Of a DNA stretch of 64,000 bases, positions 52,675-63,237 are shown piece after piece (position 1 is the stretch's first letter; every line of letters begins with the position of its first letter). The stretch is from contig NW_003314291.1 of assembly GCF_000143415.4 (NCBI RefSeq), positions 170,674 to 234,673 on the forward strand, written 5' to 3'. This DNA comes from Selaginella moellendorffii (Eukaryota > Plantae > Lycopodiophyta). The notes below the pieces were generated by a model. The model was not told the DNA's origin. It saw only the letters and a program-made list of their open reading frames with translations, and did not search any database. The translations under genes were made by a program, and so were the position numbers.

Positions 52675-54000
52675 ATGGCAATATAAGGCCACACGCCATT
52701 CAAAGAATAATGCTAGTCGAGCATTTTTTGGTGCATTTTTGGGTTCAAAATTGCATGAGCCCACACGCTATAAAGTTTACCTGTACCAAAAATAGAAACA
52801 GCTTTATTTACTTGGGAATTTAAGTGGTTGAGGCATTTTTAAACTTACAAACACATGCCCTACTTACATTCCTTTGGTTGCTTAAAATTCAAAAATATTA
52901 TAAACCTTTCTTTTTGCATTTTCAATGTTTTCAATTATGGTTTTTGATTTTCGCAGGACCAGCCTAGTAATCTATTTGCATCCCGTCATGTTTATAGCTA
53001 GCTTTCGTTTGTCCCCTTCGCTAGCCTGAGATACATCTGCTCGGCATCTGCCTCTTACAGCATTTGCCCAGAAAGGGCATCTTTCTTCACGCAGCATTTG
53101 CCACATGTTTAGGGTTTAGGGTTTAGCAATTCAGTAGCTTGATAAACATGCAAATACAGAACTTGATAAAAAATCCTTTGATATGTCACAATGCCCCTAG
53201 GACCATAAACACATTTCAATAGAGAGGGTCCTTTCATTTCATAACTCCTTACGTAGATCTTGGTGAAACCAGAGTTAGTGAAGTTAGTTTCTTGTGATCC
53301 CGCATCTGATTGTGATGTCCCCTTGCAGTGTCGATGGAAAGGTCAATGCACACCAAACTGTAAAATCTTGGAGCAAAATAACGGTCGGATCTATGGCAAA
53401 TGCCCCTGAAACATTGTAAGGCTCGTGTGGTCTCATGTGGTGTCCGATCGAGATGCTTTTTTGCAGGGTCATCAAGAAAGACATTGTATACCATTCTGTA
53501 AAATCTAGTTGCGATCTAACGGTTGGATCTCCAGAAAACTCAAAAAAATCTTACGCGTGTCAGAATATCCTAGCAATATACTCCTATGTGCCCCTGAAAA
53601 TAGCATGCGGCCCCACGCCATTCAAGAGATAACGCCAGATGACGCCGAGACTTTTTTGGTGCATTTTTTGGGTTCAAAATTGCATGAGCTCACACGCTAT
53701 AAAGTTTATCTTTGCCAAATAGAGAAAAGTTTATCTGTGTCATGTGAGGTAGTTACAGTCCTTTGTGCTCGGCATCTGCCTCTTGCAGCATTTGCACTGA
53801 AAGGGAATTTTTCTCCATTCAGCATTTGGCCCTAAAAATGGCATGCGCCCACACGCCATTCAAGGAATAACGCCAAAGAACGCCTGGATTTTTGGGTTTA
53901 AAATGTTTAGGGTTTTTTGGGTTTTTTCAAAATATTTTGGGTCCAACGTTTTTTGGGTTTCTTTGGTTCAAAATTGCATGAGCCCACACGCTATAATATT
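52675..54000. repeat. Three copies of a ~120-170 bp unit, each carrying two palindromes
   Basis: palindrome-ttcaa..gaataa..tttttgggttcaaaattgcatgagc(c/t)cacacgctata at ~52680, ~53600 and ~53838; shared tgctcggcatctgcctctt at ~53038 and ~53766. Confidence 0.85.
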
Positions 54001-54339
54001 GATTTGAGAGAAAAATAGAAACAGATAGAATTTCTTTATTTAGCTGAACATCTGCCATTTTTGGAAATACAAGATGCTTTGGAATATCCAATCATGCATG
54101 GTATAAATATAGCGAGGGTATTAAATGATATCCCAATCATGATCTTTCTTTTGGATTTCGCGTGCATGCAGTCCGAGGAATGATGACGTTGCGGATTTCT
54201 TTTGGATTTTGCGTGCTTGCATGCGCGCGGCAATCCAGAAATTAATGGTGGCGCCCAAGTCCGAGGAATGATGACGTGGCGGGATTACCAACCGTTGTGA
54301 CATTTCGCGCGTGTGAGGTTAGGTTTTGCATTTTGCTTC

Positions 54340-54555
54340 GTACTCGCGCTCGCACACTCGCGCTCACGCTCACACACTCGCGCTCACGCTCGCACACTCG
54401 CGCTCACGCTCGCATCACACTCGCGCTCCCGCTCGCATCGCGCTCCCACTCGCGATCACGCTCACTTCTCTACAGATTTCTCGTGTGCATCGGCGTCCAC
54501 TCGCGCTTGCATCACACTCGCGCTCGCATCGCGCTCGTGTGCATCGGCGTCCACT
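54340..54555. repeat. CpG-rich low-complexity repeat (ctcgcg/ctcgca/cact units) upstream of the accessory gene
   Basis: Read directly; includes duplicated tcgtgtgcatcggcgtccact. Confidence 0.85.
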
Positions 54556-54763
54556 TCAAGACACACCCAGTTTGTAACTTCGCCGCCAACTCCGCCGCCC
54601 ACTCCGCCACCCACACGCAGCCCACTTGGCGTCCCGGGAGATTTCAGCGCCACTCTCCAACTGTAAGTGGCAGAGTAGCCTTGTTGCTACGATCCGCTGC
54701 ACACACAGTGCACATTTGCCAGCGAGTCCGGCCTCGATTGTCACGGCCTCCATTCGGCTTCAA

Positions 54764-57700
54764 ATGGTAAGTCTTTTAGGCCAAGTAGAAAATGGCATGA
54801 GGCCACATGCTATTCAGTAGCAACATTGGCATGCACCGATTGGGCTCTCGAGTGCAGTCCGGTTACAGATGGCGTGTAGCCTCACGCCATCTTAGGATGC
54901 AGCCTCAAGACATCTGATGCAGTGGTGAATGGCGTGTGGCCTCACGTTATTTCCAGCTGCTAGCTTTTCATCTGTCAACTCTAATTGTTGTGCATTTCTG
55001 AACAGGCGAGGAATTGCGTTCTTCTTCCAGCCACTGTCAATGTGGATGCAGAGAAGGGGGAGGAGCTCACCAGTTGGACTTTCGGGATGGAAGGCGAGGA
55101 TCTGATGCTGTACAACACAGATGGTGGGAGAAAAGAATGCATGGGGATCCTCATCCAAGTGACAGACACTCCATGCAGTTCCATGCAAGAATATGGACTG
55201 GCACTTGTGGTAGAGACAGCGTCCGCCTTCAAGATCCACCTTGCACATCCTAGCGGCTTCCCGGAGGGGGGCAGCGGCTATGAGGAATTCCTAGAGGGAG
55301 CTAGGGAGAGGTTGTCCAGGAGGCCCACAATTTCAAAGACGCTGCGGGTCTATGAAGATCACATGGAATCCACGGACCTCACCTACGGCGATGTTCAAAA
55401 ACTATATTCCAACATTGAGCCATTGAGAGTGCCTCCAGTTCGTGAAGCGAAGGGGAAGGGGGTCGATCTGGAAACTACCCCGAAGCATAAAAGGGTGGTC
55501 AAGCTCAAGCCGACGTCCGACTCTGCTGCTCCAAAAAAGAAGCTACTCGGTGATGCCATTGCCTCGGGTTCGAACACTACACCCACCAAAAAGAAAAGCC
55601 GCAAAGAGCAGAAAGAGCAAGAAGAGGCAGCAAAAATCGTCGCAGATAATAGTATTTGTTACTATTCCAACAAAGTATATACAATCGACGTGAGCCGTAT
55701 CGACATCCAAAGCAAATACAACCACAGGCTAGTATCTGATGAGTGGGTGGAGAAACTGAAGCAGAAGATGCTGGCAAGTCCAGTAACACCCGACATCGCA
55801 GACGTGATCCCCTACTACCAAACAATGAAGGGCGAGACGAGGTTTCCAAACTTGATCAATAGGAAGGTGTTGGACGATCAGAACATCCGGTTCTATGCCG
55901 TCTCCGGGCAGCATTCTAGCTTGGCGATGCAAGAGATAGTTCTGGATATTATGGTGGGCGAGGAGGTGAAGAAAGTCTTTAAGACAAGAGTTGTCTGCCT
56001 GATAAAAGGCAACTCGCCCCTCCGATCTATCATATCCATCTCCCACGCGCAGAATGTCAAGCAAGAAACGTGCTACAAATCGGGTTTGCACGAGACATTG
56101 GCACGAACATGGAAGCTCTGGGTTCAACTGAAGAAGCCACAAAAACCAGGACAAGGACGTGCACTAGCAACTAGCGCCTGGCAGGTAAGCCTCGTTGCAT
56201 GTGGCATAGCATGTGGCCTCACGCCATTTCCATTGCAGGAATTCTCGAGTCTTCTCTCGAAAACACTGAGGGTCAATGACACACTCAGCATCCATAACAT
56301 TCTACTCGCGACAAAAGTTGTTTTTGACAAATGGGTAGATGTGCTGAGGAGGTACCATGACGGGGAGTTGCTAAACTCAATGGGTGTGGAGGACGGCCGG
56401 AAGCCCAATGATTTGAAGCTCAACGCCTTGCGTTTCTCGTGGTCTCTAGACGACGACGACCTTCTGACAGTGGCTAATGCTCTTCTACGTGGTGAGGTAG
56501 TCTTCAACAAGACCAAAATGACTCCCGGCCATATTGTGACATACGAGGACTTGTGCACGACTCTGAGAGCTCGTGCGCTATTGAAGGATTGGATCTTCGA
56601 GCAAGTGGCCGTGGAGAGGGTGAGCATCGACACCACGCAAGAGATGATGGAAGAGCTGGACTTGTCAAATGAAGACATCGACGAGTACATGAAGGGGGCC
56701 CCCAAGTTCATCGATCTGCTGCGGGATGCCACGAAAAGTAAAGTTGAGAAGTTGGATCAGTATCCAAATTTCATTAAGAGGGATGTCGACCACCGGCTTC
56801 AGAAACAGCTCGACCCCGCAGCAGAGGCCTATCGAGAACCTTACCATTCGGATGAGGATCAAAGGTGGAGGAGCATCGTTTCCCGCGGAGATGAGCAGGT
56901 CAAGAACATCTTTTGTGTGATGGACTTCACAAACGAAGAGATCACTCATGCAGACGAAGTCAGCTCCATCATTGACTTAATGGTGGGACTTGCGGAGGTG
57001 GAATCTTCAGTCCACTATATGATCTACGACTCCGAATCCTATCACAAGTTCTGGAAGGCCTTGAACGAGGTGAAGGCTCGGTTGAAAGGCAAGGAGATGC
57101 GGGAGATACATGGGATAATGGCTAAGAAGAAGATACCGACGAATGTCCGCATCTTCACACTCGCCCTTGTTATTGGTCCTGCCGCAGAGTGGGACTGGAG
57201 TGACTTCCCAGCTTCGTTCGACAAGGCCGATCGAATTGATCTGAGGGAGGTCAATTTACCCGTGCCTGAGGAACTGAAGACGGCTATGGAGCTTTCGAAT
57301 CCAAAGAAAGCTCCAGGTGCAGCATGGGAAATGCTCAGCTGGGTCTTCAACGCAATAGCGGGTGACACCAAGGGCAAATGCGTTGTCGAGTACAACTGCG
57401 GCGGACTATTCTTTCGAGCCGCACTACTCAAGGGTGTCCCATGTGTTGCGGTGACAAACTCCATTGAAGAGGTGACTTCAATGGAGTATATAATTACAGT
57501 TGCCAAAGAAAAACAGTATCTTCTCTGTGAACCTGGTGAGTACGCACTTTAAGTTTAAATGTTATCTCACAAGCTCTATATGCAGGAGCGTGGCCACCCC
57601 CAGATGCTGAAACGGCGTTAACAGCTACTAATGTTAGGCCGAGCTCACAACCTTCACAAGGTAAGGTCATGTGAGGCCTCACGCCATTTTGATTATAGAT

Positions 57701-60330
57701 CGTTGTGAATATTCAGACACGAGGACTGAAAAGCGCACTGGTGGCGCGTCGAAGAAGGACAAACAGACAAGCAATAGGAAAAAAGGAGGTACAAATTATA
57801 TTTGCAATGGCGTGTGGTCTCATGCCATTCCTTGCAGGAGACACTTCTTCAAAGGCAAAACAGGCAAGCACCAGTCAAGCTCAAACTGACAGTGGTCATA
57901 AAAAGCGAAAGCACGTTGGACAGTCGTCGGGATCGGAGGCGTTTGATTCGAAAAGGAAGAAGGGCAACGAAAAGATGATAGGTAATGCCTCGTGGTTATG
58001 GTGTGTGTGCTCATGCCATTCATTGCAGATCAAGGGCTGAGTGAAAGGAGCCAGTCACCACCTCCTGACTCAGATTCCTATGGCGGACTCCCCTTCCCCA
58101 ATCTCAATGGAGAGGTACAATGGATGAGGGATGCTTTTCAAGTCAGGGCCACGTTTTTCTCATCTCGTCGTCTTCGAAGGGTGCAAGAACGTGCAAAAAC
58201 CATGTTAAGACAGTCAGGTGAGGATACGGTCCTAGGTCAAGCACTGAAACAGGCTATGGATGTCTTGTATTTTGAGATGGAGACTCGGCCAGATGATTTT
58301 CCCAAGATGGTCCTGGAAAAACAAGCCATCCAGCCTGAGCAGCCTATGGAAGAAATGCAGGAGGGGGATGAAGAGCCAGAGAAAGATAATGAGCAGGAAG
58401 AGCAGAAGGACGAAGAGGAGGACAAAGAAGAGGAGGACGAAGAAGAGGAGGACGAAGAGGACTTGGATGGTCCTCACAATGGTGACGATCACAATAACGA
58501 CAATGACGATGATGACGACGATGGCCAGCCTGAGGTGGCCAAAGAGCAGCGGAGGAAGGTCATACAAGACAAACCATCAGGTAAATAATAGTACATCCAT
58601 TCCTAACCTTTTACCATTTCTAACATTGTCCATGTAGGTCGCAGAAGAAATGGTAAGTAGAGATTATTCAGTTGAATTAAGATACAAACTCTAGCCTTTA
58701 GTGTCGAGGAAGGATAGTGCCAAGCAAGGGTCGAAACGTATATCCAATCCTTCAGAATCAGCAGTGCGCCCAATAGCAGTTGATGGTAAATACAGTATAG
58801 TCGATTCAATGTGCTAATGAGTTTGTTTTTAGTAGCCAGTAGGGAGGATACCATCTCAATCGAAGGGAGATATTTGGACATGCATATGGATCCGCCAGTG
58901 GACTCTACTTGCCTGCAAGAGTCATCAGAGCTGGTGGAGGCTACTATCCATATCAATGCCAAGCAAGCTGACCACGCTCCACTTGATGCTGCCCATACCA
59001 CTGAGTCAATCTTGTCCACGTATCCAACTGACGGTGACCAGGCGCCATTGGACCCGCATGAGGCCGCCCCAGCCGCCAAGCCGGTCGTATCCTCATTTCC
59101 AACGGACTCAACGTGTGCCCAATCGTCTGACTACGCGCCGTTGGAACCTCCCTACACCGCCCCTGCTGCCTATTCGGTCATGTCCACTTTGCCAACGGAG
59201 GCACCAGCTGAAATGGCGTGTGATCACACGCCATCGGAACCACCCCATGCCACTATTGAGCCAGTTGTACCAGAGTCTATAGCTGAAATGGCATGTGCCC
59301 ACACGCCATCGGATGCGATTGACCCCACATTGCAGAGGAGAGTATTTCCACCCTTCACGTTTCCTCGACCAAAACCCTCTGAACGACCATCGGGAGCACC
59401 ATTCGCTAATATTGTAGATGGTAAAATTGACTTGTACCATTTTTTATGCTGACGCATTTCATTTTAGAGTCACGGCGAAAGTACTGTATCGTTTTTTATC
59501 TGAACGGTGTCCTTTTCTCCTATGAGCGTGGCTCGTCCTCGAATGTCACTGCACCCTCCAAAGCCTGCGGTCGCAAGTTGGTCAAAAGAGACAGATTCAC
59601 ATTAATCACACGGGAGAAACTGTGGGATCTAATAATGACCATGCGACACTTAAAACAGAGGGCCGGGTTCAATTTGCAATTGGGAGTTTGGACATCCATG
59701 ATGCGCCACAATGCATTAACGTTGCTACAGATGATGCACGATTAGACGCGAGTAATATTACCATTTGACTTTCTCCTAACGCAGGAGGATTGCTTGACTA
59801 TGGTCCATGTGAGGGGTAGCAAGCCCATCTTCGTCAAGCCAGAGGCTGTAGTGATGAACCGGACTGCTAGGTCAAGTGAAATCCTCATCATCGATGACTC
59901 GCCGATTAAAACTGCAGCGAACACGCACACATATGCAGTGCACCCCATCTCTTGCAGTATGGAAACTAGGGAGAAGAAACCGTATGTTCTGGGGGACCTT
60001 GCAAAACGGCTTGAAGCGATGGTGATAGAGAACCGGCCAGTCCAGGAGGTGGCTGCAGAAATCAACCAAATGGCAGATGGAATGGTATATCAGAAGCCAT
60101 TTGATCGGACAGACACCAGTCATCATTTATGGCATGTATATTGTCTAGCCAAGCACTATCCGCATCTCCATAATCTGCTCAACCGGATGGGTTCTTCGAC
60201 CACTGAACATGAGCGTGGACGTATTAGAGAAGAGATGGCATTACTATTGGGTTTAAATCTTGATAGTGTGGAGAGTGATGAAATTCCAAGATTATTGTAT
60301 AGGCGTTGGAAGCAAAAAATAACAGTCTGA
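54764..60330 (+). CDS. Transposon accessory multidomain protein: ParB/Srx-like, DNA N4/N6-MTase-like (degenerate), acidic/Pro-rich linker, FCP1/NIF HAD-like; in-frame stop at 59743-59745
   Basis: ATG|gt at 54764 splices to 55006; NHRLVSDEWVEKLKQKM..FYAVSGQHSSLAM; WEMLSWVFNAIAGDTKGKCVVEYNCGGLFFRAALLKGVPCVAV; mostly phase-compatible small introns through 59467; CIVFYLNGVL, VWTSMM, KPIFVKP, ILIIDDSPIKT. Confidence 0.6.
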
Positions 60331-60799
60331 GATGGCATGTATTTATTTAAAAATGTAACTTATTATGGCATGGGGTTCCATGCCATTGTATTAATATTAA
60401 AAGACAATTCTTTGAGAGGATTTGCATTATACTAGAAGTGTTACAGCATGTTATTGGAAGTCTACGAAGTTGTTTTATTAATAAGGGGAAAGTAAAGATT
60501 GAATGGGGACTTGGGCTCCACCTAGACTCGGAGCAACTGAGCCAATATTAAAAGGATGGAAAGAAATTGGACGACGATGACAAGGAGAAGAGAGAGGTGA
60601 AGCAGTGGCAGGGGGAGGAGAAGTGATTGAGTAGACATTTCCTTGTTTAAAATAAAATGGCATGTGCCTCAATGCAGTTGAATTTTGTTATATTTATATA
60701 CTATATAAAAGTTTGGAAACCTTATTTTACAAGTGGGATAATGACAATTCCCACTTTAACGAAATAGAGCTTAACTCAGCTATTATACAAGATCTTTTA

Positions 60800-63150
60800 T
60801 GCGAACATGGGGAACGAGTCCAAATCCAAATGCTTGCATCGAGAATGTCAACATTGCAGCGTCAACAATTTTAGTGTCTACCCAAAGGAAGAGATAGATA
60901 CAGGAGGACATATTCAACATTTGAATATGCAAACAATAGAGGCTTAAAGAAATCTTGATTGCAATTAGTGCTTCAACAAGGTTCTACAAAGGAGCTCATC
61001 AACCTTTTTCATAATTACCTGGACAAGTACATCGTGCATTCCTTTATTCATCAGTGGCAAAGTACACAATATACAAATCTGCTACATAATATACCTCTAA
61101 ACATAGTCATTTTGGTTATGGATTTCGCTGAAAATTATAGTATTGCTACCAATAATGAACCACAATTGTGTCATTGGGCAAAGCAACAAATTACACTATT
61201 CATGGTCATCTTCTATTTCTCATTGAGCCTTCTACCTAGTAACTAGTAATCACAACAACTAGGCATTTGGTAAGCACAAGGAGGTACATGTTTTTCTTTT
61301 GGATGACTTAAAGCATGATATACACTTTGTTATGGACTATTTAGATATGCATTTATAGTGGCTGAAGACGGAGTATTTCAATGTGAATCAACATATTTTT
61401 TAGTTAGATGGCCCTTTCAACCAATTTTGCAACACTTGGATGTTGTAGTACCTTCCAAGCTACAAGTCAACCATTGGGATACATGTTTCATAATTTTTTT
61501 TTGTTTTTGGGCATAGGAAAAGTGAACATAACTCTTTTTTTAGTGTTTTTAAGATGCATATCTGCTCAAAACAATTGAAACATGCTTCACCAATTTTTAG
61601 ATGTGCACAAGATGTTGTACAATTTAGCAATTAAACATTCAGCAAGTAGTGACCAATCGCTTTTTCATCACACTAGTTGTAACAAACCCCAAGTAAAGAC
61701 TCTCAGAAATAAGTAATTGCCTTTTTGTCTATTTGAATAAGAGTCACTCATATATTCCAAGTTAAATGCTAGTGCATAGGTAGACATAGAATTGGGATAT
61801 GTAATACAAAGGGTTTAAGGGATAACACTTCAGTTGATGGTTTTTTTACAACTTAATATCAAAGCCTAACTTTAGCCTAACATAAAAGTGTTAGGCCCAC
61901 AAATTTTTTTTGGGCTTAAACTGAGGTGGTGACTAGCAGAGGCTGGTGGGCCATAAGGTCTAAGATGAAAATGATGAAGGAGTTCCAGGGTAAGGCAAGC
62001 ACGTGTCTGCCCAGAACGGGTGAGCCAGGTGTTAGCCTGGCAAGTGCATTCTGGAGGGAATGAGCGAGCCCGTGCCCATGGAACGGCCTTAACAGGCTGT
62101 GGCGAGACCGTTAACGAACACATGGAAGAATGTTATTCGAGGATGAGAGGGTTCTCCAGAATTGGCAGCTGGTAGCCTGGTTCTCCAGAACCTGGCAGCT
62201 GGCAGCTGGGTTCTGGAGAACCTGGCAGTTGTCAGCCACGTTCTTGTAGAGAACTTGACTCGATCCAATGGCTGCCAACGGGTGGATCAAGTTAACGGGT
62301 GAGCCATAGCCCGTTAAGGGCCAATATGAGATGGGGTAGTGAGGTTGCTATCTATAATAAAATTGTAATAAACCTTATGTGAAGGCTCTTAAAAACAAAT
62401 AATTGCCCTTTTGTCCATATGAGTAAAAGTCATTTATATATTTTAAGTTAAATACTAATGCATAAGCATACCTCAACCATAGTGTAGAAAGCTAAAAGAT
62501 AACACTTGAGGTGGTGGTTTTGTTACATTAGTTACCAATACAATAAATCTTTTAATATGTGAGTAATGCCAATAAAGATGCAACTCTCAACTCCACATGA
62601 AACAATATTTTTGTTGGTGGAGTTCTATTAATTAGATGGACTAACATGTTGAGGGTTATTTTTTGTCATGTTATTGTGAGAATTGCAACAATGATCTCTT
62701 ATATTCCCATGAAAATTATTTTGGTTAATGACAAGTTTTCAACTTTTGCTTTTTTTGCAAAAGTAGAAGTTCCTAAAGATAGTGATGCTAACTTGGAGGC
62801 TTGAGGAACAACACAAGGTTTTACATGTGTCTTCGGTGATTATTTTGCAATTATTTTTGAAACAACTATGCAAACAAAGAGTTATTTTGACTTCTTTATA
62901 CACTAAATAGTGTGAACAACATCTTGAAGGTGTAACAAATATTTAGGGGAATGATATTAAAGAAGGAGAATGGGTTGTTTGAGGCATTTGGTGTGAGTGA
63001 TTAAGATCAATGTTATGTGGTAATGGATGATTATGGATTTGTTTTCATTCAATTTGCACTTGTAGTTGGCACAACTCTACAAATAATTGCTATTTCGAAA
63101 GAAGTTTTTGATGAGCATTAAGTTTTGGAGCTGAACTTGAAACTTAGTGA
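60800..63150 (+). mobile_element. Decayed Sola2-like DNA transposase, interrupted at ~61.85-62.38 kb
   Basis: HSFIHQWQ, VMDFAENYS..EPQLCHWAKQQITL, DDLKHD, LDGPFNQF, FFxFGHRKSEH; many stops; C-terminal-like remnants 62.8-63.0 kb. Confidence 0.6.
62150..62255. repeat. Short direct/inverted repeats (ggttctccagaa / ggttctggagaa / ctggcagctgg) in a GC-richer insert
   Basis: Read directly. Confidence 0.7.
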
Positions 63151-63194
63151 CATTTAAAGTGACAATAGTTTCATTTAATCATATTTATGTTGTA

Positions 63195-63198
<4 letters not shown>

Positions 63199-63236
<38 letters not shown>
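63199..63236. repeat. (TA)n microsatellite
   Basis: tatata run. Confidence 0.95.

Positions 63237-63237
<1 letters not shown>

Larger units (their letters stand above)
47773..60678. repeat. Dispersed palindrome family ATGGCRTG-N6-CAYGCCAT (>20 copies)
   Basis: Copies at 47773, 48089, 48178, 49993, 50050, 51896, 51966, 52064, 52750, 53600, 53679, 53838, 53973, 54792, 54869, 54929, 56206, 57666, 57807, 57998, 59213, 59288, 60365, 60657, plus half-sites. Confidence 0.95.
47700..60700. mobile_element. Large bidirectional DNA transposon-like element, extent defined by a dispersed 22-bp palindrome
   Basis: Divergent transposase and multidomain accessory gene; palindrome copies seen from 47773 to 60678 and not noticed elsewhere; termini and TIRs not identified. 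Confidence 0.7.

Noticed and set aside
53105-53126. TTTAGGG repeats as telomere
   Set aside because: Only ~2.5 units; treated as an interstitial telobox-like motif.
54276-54770. Arg/His/Ala-rich ORFs
   Set aside because: Products of the low-complexity ctcgcg/cact repeat, open in several frames.
47773-60678. Palindrome family as a CRISPR array
   Set aside because: Copies are irregularly dispersed over 13 kb, including introns and CDS, with no regular repeat-spacer period and no cas genes; context is eukaryotic.
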